A DNA stretch of 64,000 nucleotides from Micrococcaceae bacterium (GCA_047606545.1 JASGEI010000014.1:18043-82042), one strand, 5' to 3'; shown: positions 44,979-54,485, counted from the first letter of the stretch. The notes: generated by a model not told the origin, from the letters alone. Numbers and translations: made by a program.

Positions 44979-46172
44979 ATGAGACTTGCCACTGCGGATT
45001 TAAAAAATTATTATTCGGCAATTCCCGAAAGATTAAAACAAGGGTACAAACGTGGATATAATCGTATTCACGGTTCAATACCTAGAATATTTTTAATCAC
45101 TTTTGCTGGAATGTCATCTTACTGGTTCTGTGAAAATGTACTTGGACATAAGAACCCCGTCTATTGTGTAACAGTGTGTGTGATTGCTCTTGGTTTCCGT
45201 AAAGGAACCAAACTTTCAGTAGTAATTGATATCGTGGTAGGTTCCACTGTTGGAATTACCATAGCAGAGTTGCTAATTATGGGATTCGGCTCTGGATTTT
45301 GGCAAGCTTCACTTTTCCTATTCCTTAGTTTGTTACTAAGTCGTTTTATGAATGACAGCGTCATCTTCAATAACCAAGTAGCGATACAAGGACTATTCGT
45401 AATTTTGTACCCAATAAATATCAATGGACCTTTTTCACGTCCTATTGATGCGCTAGTTGGCGGAACGGTAGCGATTATTCTAACCATGTTCCTCTCCACG
45501 AATCCACGTAAAGCAGCTGCAGATAAAATGGCAAGCATCATCCAAGAAATTCTGATTTCCTTAATGGCTACGCAAAAGAGTCTGCGCGAAAATAACGAAT
45601 TGCTAGCTCGCAAGACGTTATATCGAGCACGTGAAACTCAAGGTACTACTGATGCGATGTTTGATAGTCTTACTACTTCGTATGAGACTGTTAAACTATC
45701 CCCACACTATCGCTCTTACCTACCGACATTACAACGAATTGAATACATCGCAAATGTATTAGATTTAGCAATGCGTAACTGCCGAATTTTAACTCGCTTA
45801 AGTGTTAGAGCTATCCATGAAGAAAACTCTGATGAAGATATCGAAGAGTTTAAACAATTAGCTAAATTCCTTGATCCAGTAATTCACAGCTTACAGCTGA
45901 TTGAAGAGGGGATCAGCACTCTTGAAAAGGGCAAAACTATCCAAGCAAAACTTGAAGAAGCTCGCATGTTCCTAACTTATGGAGCTTCTCGGCTAAGCCA
46001 CGATGGGGATATTAAATTAATTCATCCAGAATCATATGGACTACTACTAATTATTCGTGAACTTTATTTCGATATTTTACGAGCAACTGGTCTAGACGTT
46101 AAGACTGCATATAAGTTACTACCTGATATCGATCTTCCAAATAACATGGGTAAACGCTATGAAGAAAACTGA
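44979..46172 (+). CDS. FUSC / aromatic-acid-exporter-like integral membrane protein
   Basis: N-terminal 5-6 TM block followed by a long helical cytoplasmic domain. Family assignment is by overall pattern only. Confidence 0.5.
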   Translation: MRLATADLKNYYSAIPERLKQGYKRGYNRIHGSIPRIFLITFAGMSSYWFCENVLGHKNPVYCVTVCVIALGFRKGTKLSVVIDIVVGSTVGITIAELLIMGFGSGFWQASLFLFLSLLLSRFMNDSVIFNNQVAIQGLFVILYPININGPFSRPIDALVGGTVAIILTMFLSTNPRKAAADKMASIIQEILISLMATQKSLRENNELLARKTLYRARETQGTTDAMFDSLTTSYETVKLSPHYRSYLPTLQRIEYIANVLDLAMRNCRILTRLSVRAIHEENSDEDIEEFKQLAKFLDPVIHSLQLIEEGISTLEKGKTIQAKLEEARMFLTYGASRLSHDGDIKLIHPESYGLLLIIRELYFDILRATGLDVKTAYKLLPDIDLPNNMGKRYEEN

Positions 46173-47514
46173 TCCAGGATATGTATGCGCTGAATGTGGT
46201 GCTAAATTTGCTAAGTGGATGGGGCGTTGCAGCCAATGTCAACAATGGGGTACCTTACAAGAAGTAAACACTGTTGCCGCACCTAAAACCAAAGCAACTA
46301 ATGTCGGTAATACAGCCAATAAAATTACCGAAATTGATACTAGTACCTCGACAGCGGTACCTAGCAACGTAACCGAATTCGACCGAGTACTCGGCGGCGG
46401 ATTAATCCCTGGATCAGTCACATTAGTTGCTGGCGAACCAGGAATTGGAAAATCCACACTAATTTTAGAAGCCGCAGCAAAAATGGCTAAAGCCGAAAAT
46501 ACAGCTCTTTATGTCAGTGCGGAAGAATCCGAATCTCAAGTAACACTGCGTGCAAAACGTATTGGAGCTTTAAGTGAAAACCTCTATCTAATTTCTGAGA
46601 CAGATTTAGGTACTATCCTTGGCTATATCGAAAAACAAGAACCCGATATCCTAATTGTCGACTCTATTCAAACTATCGCTAGCACTGAAATTGATGGAGT
46701 AGCTGGTGGCACTTCCCAAGTTAAAGAAGTAGCTGGCGCGATTATCAACGCAGCAAAAAAACAAAATATCACCACATTGATTGTGGGTCATGTAACTAAA
46801 GATGGGACTATTGCCGGTCCTAGAACTTTAGAACACCTCGTTGATGTAGTCTGTCAATTTGAGGGAGATCGGCACACTACATTACGCATGATTCGCGCCA
46901 TCAAAAACCGTTATGGTCCTACCGATGAAATCGGATGCTTTGATTTAACTGAAGATGGTATCCATGAAATTCAAGATGCTAGCGAACTCTTTGTTTCTGG
47001 CAACCATGATAATGTTCCTGGCACCTGCATCACCGTCACATTAGAAGGGCAACGTCCACTATTAGCAGAAGTTCAAGCTTTACTAGCCCGCACTAATCAA
47101 TCTCAACCCAGGCGGGCAATCAGTGGTCTAGATTCAGCTCGTTGCGCCATGCTTCTTGCAGTATTGCAACGTAGAGCTGGCTTTCCACTTACAAACTTTG
47201 ATACTTTCCTAGCTACCGTTGGTGGTGTTAAGCTCAGTGAACCAGCAGTGGATTTAGCTGCTGCAGTAGCACTTACCTCTGCTTATACTGATAAACCAGT
47301 GCCTGAAGGGACAATTGTATTTGGCGAGGTTGGTCTAGCAGGTGAAGTCAGGGCCGTACCCGGTATTGCAAAACGAGTTCAGGAAGCAATTAGACTAGGC
47401 TTTAAACATGCAATAGTGCCATATTCAAACCAAAAGAAAATGCCACTACCTAGTGGCTTTAAAGTTACTCAAGTTAAGACACTACTTGAAGCATTAAGTT
47501 CCTATGTAAAATAA
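46159..47514 (+). CDS. radA: DNA repair protein RadA
   Basis: N-terminal CAECGAKF...CSQC zinc finger, GEPGIGKST Walker A, KNRYG, Lon-like C-terminus. Confidence 0.96.
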   Translation: MKKTDPGYVCAECGAKFAKWMGRCSQCQQWGTLQEVNTVAAPKTKATNVGNTANKITEIDTSTSTAVPSNVTEFDRVLGGGLIPGSVTLVAGEPGIGKSTLILEAAAKMAKAENTALYVSAEESESQVTLRAKRIGALSENLYLISETDLGTILGYIEKQEPDILIVDSIQTIASTEIDGVAGGTSQVKEVAGAIINAAKKQNITTLIVGHVTKDGTIAGPRTLEHLVDVVCQFEGDRHTTLRMIRAIKNRYGPTDEIGCFDLTEDGIHEIQDASELFVSGNHDNVPGTCITVTLEGQRPLLAEVQALLARTNQSQPRRAISGLDSARCAMLLAVLQRRAGFPLTNFDTFLATVGGVKLSEPAVDLAAAVALTSAYTDKPVPEGTIVFGEVGLAGEVRAVPGIAKRVQEAIRLGFKHAIVPYSNQKKMPLPSGFKVTQVKTLLEALSSYVK

Positions 47515-47599
47515 CAAGGTTTTATGCCTAATTCTTTCAGCATTCTTTAAGTCGAAGCAGGTAGAATTGGTTTTGACGCGTAAAAAAAGGGGAGAAATA

Positions 47600-48682
47600 A
47601 TGGTAGGTCTAGTTCGCACGAAAGCCTTAAGTCCGATTTTTTCACGCCTAGCACCCGGAACAGAATTACGCGAAGGATTAGAACGTATCTTAAACGGTGG
47701 CACTGGAGCGTTGATTGTATTAGGGTATGATGAAACCGTAGATAGCATTTCATCAGGTGGCTTTAAAATCAATATCTCATATTCCCCAACTAGATTAAGA
47801 GAATTAGCTAAAATGGATGGCGCAATCTTATGCGACTCACAATCTACTAAAATTATTAAAGCAGCCGTGCAACTAATGCCAGATGCAAGCATCAAAACTA
47901 ACGAGTCTGGAACTAGACACCGTACTGCACAACGTGTTTCACGTCAAACCGGTTTCCCAGTAGTTTCAGTTAGTAAGTCAATGAACACTATTGGTATTTA
48001 CATTAAAGGAAAGCGTCTCGTCTTAGAGCCTTCTGATATTGTGCTAGCTCGTGGCACTCAGGCACTTGCGACTCTGGAACGTTACCGCACTCGCCTCGAT
48101 CAGGTTACTGATTCACTTTCTGCATTGGAAATTGAAGATATGGTGACTGTTCGTGATGTAACTACCACTTTACAACGTCAAGAAATGGTGCGTAGAATCT
48201 CACAAGAGATTCAAAGCGATGTACTTGAACTTGGTACTGACGGTAGATTATTAGCACTACAGCACGACGAATTAACTGCAGGCCTTGAAAATAATACAGA
48301 ATTAGTAATCAAAGATTATGTACAAAATCTTGATAATCCCGAAGATCTACCTCGTATCTTAAAAGAGTTAGCTGCTATCGAAGATACCCAGTTAATCACT
48401 GATCTAACTAGGATTTCACAAATGCTAGGATTAGGCAATGACACTGAGACTCTTGACTCGCCGGTACACCCTTACGGTTATCGTATTCTTTCTGGCATGA
48501 AGGCAGTGCCTGGGCTAATTGCTGAACGCTTAATTTCACACTTCGGTAGTTTGCAGAACTTGATGGCTGCTAGTCTAGATGATTTGATGGCTGTTGAGGG
48601 CGTAGGAGAACAACGCGCTAGGAACGTACATGAAGGTCTACACAAAATTACTGACTCTAGCTTACTAGAGCGCTTTATCTAA
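47600..48682 (+). CDS. disA: DNA integrity scanning protein DisA (diadenylate cyclase)
   Basis: DGAIL and GTRHRTA DAC motifs, C-terminal HhH (GVGEQRA). ATG 47600 follows a ggggag RBS; the ORF-track start at 47567 is less likely. Confidence 0.93.
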   Translation: MVGLVRTKALSPIFSRLAPGTELREGLERILNGGTGALIVLGYDETVDSISSGGFKINISYSPTRLRELAKMDGAILCDSQSTKIIKAAVQLMPDASIKTNESGTRHRTAQRVSRQTGFPVVSVSKSMNTIGIYIKGKRLVLEPSDIVLARGTQALATLERYRTRLDQVTDSLSALEIEDMVTVRDVTTTLQRQEMVRRISQEIQSDVLELGTDGRLLALQHDELTAGLENNTELVIKDYVQNLDNPEDLPRILKELAAIEDTQLITDLTRISQMLGLGNDTETLDSPVHPYGYRILSGMKAVPGLIAERLISHFGSLQNLMAASLDDLMAVEGVGEQRARNVHEGLHKITDSSLLERFI

Positions 48683-48840
48683 TAAATAACTTCTTTTATA
48701 ATTAGCATTAGTTTTATGCATAAGCATGATTATTAACTCTAAAACTACTAAAAATGCTAAATTAAATACTTCCAAAGATTTAGAACTCATGGAATAACAA
48801 CGATTCCAAAGGGGTATAGTAGTTACTTAATCAAAAATTC

Positions 48841-49665
48841 CTACTTCACCTTCTTGCAATTCTTGGAGAAATAACCATCAGCTATACTATTACCATTATC
48901 TAAATCCCAAGTATAGGGTTTTGTTTCAGATACTTTACCTTTTAAGGTTGTTTTCTTGCCATTACTACTAGTGCATTTGAAAGTGTATTCAACACCTAAC
49001 TTATTCTCTTTATACCATTCGTTGTCTGTAGGCAATTGCTTATTTGTAATAGTTCCATACATATTTTTCCAAGCATCTGTACCAGTTCGCTTATTATTTT
49101 TTGGAAAAGACATAACAAGAGTTTCTGCCGATTTAGAATAGTCTCCATTAAAATAAACAGCATATCTAACTTTGCCTCCAATTAACTCTGCTAATTGTAC
49201 ATCTATATCTTCCGGCTTTACTTTTTTAGTAAACTGATAATTTTCTTGTGTTAAAGGAGCAGCTTTAGGGTCACGCCATTTTTTAACATCTTTAGCCCAT
49301 TGCTCCCAACCACCTTTATTAGAGTAATCAGCATGCCAAGTTTTAACATATTCAGCGGAGTAATTATCTCTACCTTCTCTATACTTTATTAACCCTTTAG
49401 CTCCTGGGTCTCCACCTTCTTCTGATTCAGGATTAGGCTCATTGGGAACTGTCTTAACTGGAGCAGACGTTTCAGTATCAGCAACTACTGTGGTAGTGGG
49501 ATTAGCAGAAGCACTAGGAGTTTTATCTCCAGTAAAATCATCTATTTTAGCGTGCTTAAAGTCAGGCTTCATAAAACTATAAATTGCAATACCTAGAATA
49601 ACCAACACACTAGCAATAATAGCTAGAGTTTTCTTAAAACTTGAATGTTCTTTATTTTCACGCAT
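48841..49665 (-). CDS. Membrane-anchored extracytoplasmic protein, unknown function (gene 6 of the zinc-ribbon operon)
   Basis: N-terminal signal-anchor TLAIIASVLVILGIAIYSF, then a P/T/E-rich linker and a roughly 190-aa domain with no recognised motif. Confidence 0.6.
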   Translation of the reverse strand: MRENKEHSSFKKTLAIIASVLVILGIAIYSFMKPDFKHAKIDDFTGDKTPSASANPTTTVVADTETSAPVKTVPNEPNPESEEGGDPGAKGLIKYREGRDNYSAEYVKTWHADYSNKGGWEQWAKDVKKWRDPKAAPLTQENYQFTKKVKPEDIDVQLAELIGGKVRYAVYFNGDYSKSAETLVMSFPKNNKRTGTDAWKNMYGTITNKQLPTDNEWYKENKLGVEYTFKCTSSNGKKTTLKGKVSETKPYTWDLDNGNSIADGYFSKNCKKVK

Positions 49666-49705
49666 AAATCAAGCAGCTATCTTTCATTACAGAAAACCTA
49701 CACGA

Positions 49706-50836
49706 CTACTTAGTTATTTTTATAGTTTTAGCTATTTCTACAAATTGTTTATATAAATCACTATTTACTTGATTAGCAGCAGTTTGTTTTGCGGAATCTT
49801 CACTCTTTAGAGAGCTAGAACCATTACTTGTAGCTTCAAAAGTCATTTTTCCAATACTTGTACGCACAAATCCCGCACTATTAGTAAAATCACTAGTACA
49901 GTATTCGCCCCCATTACCCATTGCATGATCCGTGATAACCATTTCTGTACCCCAATCATCTTGCCCAAAAGGTTCTTCAAAGTAACGCACTAATGCTCTT
50001 GGCGATAAATCAGGAGTACCAGCAGTATTATTTAACGGACTATTTCTTGGATTTCCAAAATTATCTAAAGTCTGGAAATCTGCAGTACCATAAGGTTTCT
50101 TTGTCCCCATGTCACACTTAGTATCTAAATCAAAAGTGTCATTTACTGCATTTGCATCTGGCTCAAGTTTTAATTCATATTTTGCACTTGCAGCGGAATC
50201 TGGTGAGTTCAAAAAGGCAAGATCATCAGGAGTGTTTACCATTAAGTACGTTCCTTTTGGAACAGTTACAGTATACCCACTAGAAGACGTGTAAGTTCCA
50301 CCACCTTCATATACATTACTAGAACCCGAGACCTTTTTGAGCAAGCCATTCGTAGCTGCGATATCATCTGTCGAACTTTTTTCAGTAGAAGTTGGTGTCG
50401 ATGTTGGTGTCGCCGTAGAACTTGAAGTTGGAGTAGCTGATGTAGTAGGTTCAGAAGATGCCTTATCTTTACTCTTAAAGTAAGATACACCAAAATAACC
50501 ACCAATGCCAATAGCTAAAGCTACAGCTACTGCACCGATACCGTAAGTAACATTTTTGTTTATACTAATACTTTTTTTAGTTTTAACGCTTTCAGAAAAT
50601 TGACTCTCCTCATTTTTAGCAGAGTTCTTATCTACAGTATTTAAAGTTTCATTTTCAGTTTTTTCAGGAAACTTACCTTCAGAATTAACAGAAGAATCTT
50701 TTTCGTCCACTAATGGAATATCTTCCGTCTCAGCTTCTTCATGACTGTTAGAAATATTTTCTACAGGCGTGCCACACTCGCTACAGAACTGTTCATCGTT
50801 CTTAAGTTTATTTCCACATTCACCACAGAATTTCAT
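49706..50836 (-). CDS. Zinc-ribbon / single-pass membrane protein with extracytoplasmic domain (gene 5)
   Basis: CGECGNKLKNDEQFCSECG at residues 4-22, TM VTYGIGAVAVALAIGIGGYFGV, S/T/P linker, about 220-aa C-terminal domain. Confidence 0.7.
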   Translation of the reverse strand: MKFCGECGNKLKNDEQFCSECGTPVENISNSHEEAETEDIPLVDEKDSSVNSEGKFPEKTENETLNTVDKNSAKNEESQFSESVKTKKSISINKNVTYGIGAVAVALAIGIGGYFGVSYFKSKDKASSEPTTSATPTSSSTATPTSTPTSTEKSSTDDIAATNGLLKKVSGSSNVYEGGGTYTSSSGYTVTVPKGTYLMVNTPDDLAFLNSPDSAASAKYELKLEPDANAVNDTFDLDTKCDMGTKKPYGTADFQTLDNFGNPRNSPLNNTAGTPDLSPRALVRYFEEPFGQDDWGTEMVITDHAMGNGGEYCTSDFTNSAGFVRTSIGKMTFEATSNGSSSLKSEDSAKQTAANQVNSDLYKQFVEIAKTIKITK

Positions 50837-50851
50837 AACTTATAACTCCTT

Positions 50852-52864
50852 TTACTTACCTACTGGAACTAACATGTATGGAGCATTATCATCTTTAGAA
50901 AACACCCAAACTTTGTCATTGTTGTTAGCAGGTAATAATGGGTGTTTTTGCCCTAATGATTCCATTTTGTTATTTGCAATATCAAATTTCACGGCTTCCC
51001 CATTGTGCCCAGTACCATAAGCAATACCGTTGTTATCAATGACCTTGAATGTAACACCATCAGTCGGAGAAGTAATCTTATGTCCAGGTGCTTGGTATCC
51101 TTTTTCAGTCTTAATCAGAACATATTTACCATCAGGAGAAGTTATCAAGTCAAGATTTTCATCTGTATTCGAATCCTCGCTGCTTGAACTCTCTGAATCT
51201 AAACTAGCTGTTGCTCTAACACTACTGGATATCTTTACTGGACTATCTATCTTTTCTGGATTCATTTTTTCGTAAGGGACTTCAGCACCAGTTTTAGCAT
51301 CATAAATCTTTTCTGCAGTGGGACTGAAACAGTAATCTCCAAGAATTCCTACACAAAGAGGCAACTGTTTCACGTCTGCATCAACAGAACTTGAATCATC
51401 AAAGTACTTATCGCCCTCTTTCGACCATAGGATTTTATTATTAGTGTTATCCCAAACTCCAGAACTATAGAAGGCGGTTTCTCCATACATAGAACTATAG
51501 AAGGCGGTTTCTCCATACATAGAACTATATGACTCACTGTAAGGACTAGTCATAGCTATAAACGGCGTGTAGTTGCTATTACTAGAAGGGCCGAGTGTAA
51601 TAAAATCATCACTACTACTTGAAGAATTCATTGAGTCAAAAACCTCTTGTGCTTTATCCGGCATCTTTGCTTTTACTTGGGCAATGATTTTATTTTCAAG
51701 AGGTTTAGTAAGCTGATCATCAATTTTCTTTGTCTTAGCTTCTTGAGTAGTTATCTCACCAGTTTCTGGATTAAAAATATTTGTCGAAGTATAGTCTGCT
51801 GAAGCAGTTTTATTCGGCTCAATATTTTCTTTGCCTTCTTGATGTTCAAAAAAACTTAAATACTGATCTTTGGTTTCGCCAGTAGCACTAGTCGCAGTAG
51901 CAGCTTTTTGACTTTCATAGTGGATTTGTAATCCCTTTTTTCCATTCACATCAAAGACGTTATATTCAGGAAAACTTCCTTTATCACTTTCAGGATTTCT
52001 AGTACGATCTGAAATTGGTTTAGCAACCCACTTTGTTTTACCATTAGTGGAGTCAATAGCCGTAATATCGGTAACAGTATCCATATAGTTACTATCATCG
52101 GAAGATGAACTAGTCGAACTACTCTGGGTACCATATTTCTGCTTAATAATAAAAGTAGTATCACCAACAGAAGCAATTTTAACTGTACTCCCTGTATCCT
52201 CAGTACTAGGTTGAATTAAAATACATTTTTTCTTGTTTGTAATATCTTTCAGTGGACCATCTGCAGTTGTATCACTGGGAGTATAGTTAGGATTTTTTTC
52301 AGGATTTGCATAATCATCAACATCACATTTTTTTGCTACTTCATCTGGCCTAGATGCAAATAAATCAGTCGATGCAGCATAAGCTCCGAAGCCACCCGCT
52401 AATAAAGCAACAGCTGCTCCACCAGCAATGAATAGCTTCTTTTTATCTTTTGAAGAACTGTGTTGTAACTTTTCAGAAAGAATTTTTATTTTACTAGTTT
52501 TATTGTTTTCTTTTTTAACAGCTGTGTCAGAATCCTTTGATTTTTTAGCATCAACTTTTTCTACTTTTACAGTCTTTACATTCTCGCCAGTTTTGCCTTC
52601 AGCAATACTTTTTTCTTCAGACGTACTACTATCTACTTTTTCTGGCTTTTTATCGATATCTTTGTCAGAACTTAAATCATTATCATTTACAGGTTTCTTA
52701 GCATTATTTGAGAGAGCAGTTTTACTAACCTTTTTGTTATTATCTTTTGATTTTTTCTGTTTTTTATTTTCCTTGACCGTTGTATTTTCTACTTTAGTTC
52801 CACAATTTGGACAAAACTTAGCTTCTGGTTTTAATTTATTGTTACAGTTCTCGCAGGTACTCAC
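50852..52864 (-). CDS. Zinc-ribbon / single-pass membrane protein with large PQQ/BamB-like beta-propeller-type ectodomain (gene 4)
   Basis: CENCNNKLKPEAKFCPNCG at the N-terminus, about 130-aa K/D/S-rich linker, TM LFIAGGAAVALLAGGFGAYAA. The ectodomain has AIDSTNGKTKW and NNKILWSKE repeat signatures. Confidence 0.7.
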   Translation of the reverse strand: MSTCENCNNKLKPEAKFCPNCGTKVENTTVKENKKQKKSKDNNKKVSKTALSNNAKKPVNDNDLSSDKDIDKKPEKVDSSTSEEKSIAEGKTGENVKTVKVEKVDAKKSKDSDTAVKKENNKTSKIKILSEKLQHSSSKDKKKLFIAGGAAVALLAGGFGAYAASTDLFASRPDEVAKKCDVDDYANPEKNPNYTPSDTTADGPLKDITNKKKCILIQPSTEDTGSTVKIASVGDTTFIIKQKYGTQSSSTSSSSDDSNYMDTVTDITAIDSTNGKTKWVAKPISDRTRNPESDKGSFPEYNVFDVNGKKGLQIHYESQKAATATSATGETKDQYLSFFEHQEGKENIEPNKTASADYTSTNIFNPETGEITTQEAKTKKIDDQLTKPLENKIIAQVKAKMPDKAQEVFDSMNSSSSSDDFITLGPSSNSNYTPFIAMTSPYSESYSSMYGETAFYSSMYGETAFYSSGVWDNTNNKILWSKEGDKYFDDSSSVDADVKQLPLCVGILGDYCFSPTAEKIYDAKTGAEVPYEKMNPEKIDSPVKISSSVRATASLDSESSSSEDSNTDENLDLITSPDGKYVLIKTEKGYQAPGHKITSPTDGVTFKVIDNNGIAYGTGHNGEAVKFDIANNKMESLGQKHPLLPANNNDKVWVFSKDDNAPYMLVPVGK
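51461..51530 (-). repeat. In-frame 30-bp tandem repeat, 2.3 copies, inside the 670-aa gene
   Basis: agaactatagaaggcggtttctccatacat occurs twice exactly, plus a partial third copy. It encodes MYGETAFYSS twice. Confidence 0.9.
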
Positions 52865-52886
52865 AATTAGTATTCCTTATATCAAA

Positions 52887-53294
52887 TTATTTTTTATTAA
52901 AGACTTTTTCGACATCAAGAGCTTTATAGTTTTTAAGCATTTCTTGTAATTTTGGGCTAATTGTACTGCTTGGAATTGCAGCATTTTGTTTCTCAACATA
53001 AGCAGTTATCTCATGTTGAAAAGTACTGGCTTTCGTAGAAAACTCTTTCTTAAATTTTGTAGTAAGTTCAGTCAAGCTTTCTTTATATTTCTGTATATCT
53101 AAAGTTTTAGCTTCGGAAGCGACTGCTTCCACTTTTGGTGTAGTCGTAATTGTTTTAGCTTGTTTATAATCACTAGTTGCGTCGATAACAGTATTATTGT
53201 TATTAGCTATCTCAGCAACCTCTACTTTAGTGCCACATTTTGTACAGAATTTAACTCGGCTTACATCATTGCCACAGTTCATACAAAAATTCAT
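52887..53294 (-). CDS. Small cytoplasmic zinc-ribbon protein (gene 3)
   Basis: CMNCGNDVSRVKFCTKCG at residues 4-21. The remainder is predicted helical and has no TM. Confidence 0.6.
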   Translation of the reverse strand: MNFCMNCGNDVSRVKFCTKCGTKVEVAEIANNNNTVIDATSDYKQAKTITTTPKVEAVASEAKTLDIQKYKESLTELTTKFKKEFSTKASTFQHEITAYVEKQNAAIPSSTISPKLQEMLKNYKALDVEKVFNKK

Positions 53295-53749
53295 TATGAA
53301 TTTTCCTTCACAGAGCCTTTTTCGGAACTATTAGTATCTTTATTAACAGATTTTTCTAATTCCTGATCCATTTCGTGCACATTTGTCTTATCTTTAAGCC
53401 CAAGTTGGTCCTCTAAAAGAAACTGGGTATATTGAGAATTTCTTACTGTAGCTACTTTGCTATCAAGCCAAATTCGAGTACCAAGAAGTTCTAAAACGCT
53501 CAAGTATATTGAAAAGACAAGCCAAAGAAGCACATTTAATGTAGTATTCGTGGCATCATGAGAGCTGCTACTGCTTCCCAAAAGACCAAAGCCACTCGCA
53601 ACAGCATTTAGCAAACTACTAAGATAATAAACAATATATGCACCACCGAGAATCTGTAACGCACAGACTCCTGGGAATACTTTAAAAAACAATTTCGCTA
53701 AGTTTGTTGTGTCATATCGGTCATAATCTGCATTAAATATACTTAACAT
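53294..53749 (-). CDS. Small 2-TM membrane protein, DUF4282-like (gene 2)
   Basis: Two hydrophobic segments and a charged tail. Its stop overlaps the next start. Family resemblance is tentative. Confidence 0.5.
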   Translation of the reverse strand: MLSIFNADYDRYDTTNLAKLFFKVFPGVCALQILGGAYIVYYLSSLLNAVASGFGLLGSSSSSHDATNTTLNVLLWLVFSIYLSVLELLGTRIWLDSKVATVRNSQYTQFLLEDQLGLKDKTNVHEMDQELEKSVNKDTNSSEKGSVKENS

Positions 53750-53757
53750 TATTTTCC

Positions 53758-54198
53758 TTAGTGAGAGAATGCGGCAAAGATACGGCCAAGAATAAGAGCA
53801 AATAGAATGATATCTACCGAAGAAATAATTAAACCTGTTATAGCAAAACCTCTAGGTTTACGGAATAGTCCAATGATAGAAAGAACCCACCCCAGGAAAT
53901 AACAAACCGGCCCTAACAACGGAATCCAACCAAAAAATAAACCAACTAAAGCTAAGATAAAACCGAAGAAGCCTACAGTATTTTTTTGTTTTACTTCAAT
54001 TTGATTTTGAACCACTACGTGAGTTACTCCGTTAGGAGTGTTAGCAACTTGCTGATCATAAAGAGGGCCATTAATATTGCTATTTGTTTTATGATTAACA
54101 TTGGCATTAATAACTTGATTACCAACAGCTGTACCGCAATTTACACAAAACTTTGCACCCAGTTTTAAATTCGCGTTACAATTTATACAATTATCCAT
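53758..54198 (-). CDS. Zinc-ribbon protein with C-terminal DUF4190-like 2-TM domain (gene 1)
   Basis: CINCNANLKLGAKFCVNCG at residues 4-22. C-terminal GFILALVGLFFGWIPLLG...LSIIGL...GLIISS. Confidence 0.65.
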   Translation of the reverse strand: MDNCINCNANLKLGAKFCVNCGTAVGNQVINANVNHKTNSNINGPLYDQQVANTPNGVTHVVVQNQIEVKQKNTVGFFGFILALVGLFFGWIPLLGPVCYFLGWVLSIIGLFRKPRGFAITGLIISSVDIILFALILGRIFAAFSH

Positions 54199-54255
54199 TT
54201 TGAACTTTCGTTGATTTTATTTATTCGTCATTTTTAAATGAAAAGCAGTATATAT

Positions 54256-54286
54256 ACTATACCCCCCCCCTTACCAGGGAAATCAA
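54256..54286 (-). promoter_or_regulatory. Candidate sigma-70-type promoter of the zinc-ribbon operon with a G9 tract in the spacer
   Basis: Minus strand: TTGATT (54286-54281), 19-nt spacer tccctggtaaGGGGGGGGG, TATAGT (54261-54256). The -10 lies 58 nt upstream of the ATG at 54198. Confidence 0.45.
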
Positions 54287-54456
54287 GCGAGGGTCTAGGC
54301 TATCATGATAAGAAATTTAATTTATACTTCAATCTTAGACATACATTATGCGACCACTATAGAAGAGAAACCATACCCCACTCCCCTTGACTTGATTTTT
54401 AGGCTAGTACCTAGCTGCAGTACCACTCATATACTTAATAGAACAGACTTATATAT

Positions 54457-54485
54457 TTGACTATCTTAAAATGCTCTAATAGTAT
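54457..54485 (+). promoter_or_regulatory. Candidate promoter of the divergent 54549 gene
   Basis: TTGACT, 17 nt, TAGTAT, about 64 nt upstream of the ATG. Confidence 0.45.

Noticed and set aside
52428-52949. 173-aa plus-strand ORF, with similar ones at 58055..58495, 45161..45613, 47494..47895, 36138..36485 and 9478..9840
   Set aside because: All are embedded antisense in confidently assigned genes (zinc-ribbon gene 4, clpC, the FUSC-like gene, disA, rplA, rplE). Their composition is F/L/S-rich or otherwise skewed. They are treated as shadow ORFs.
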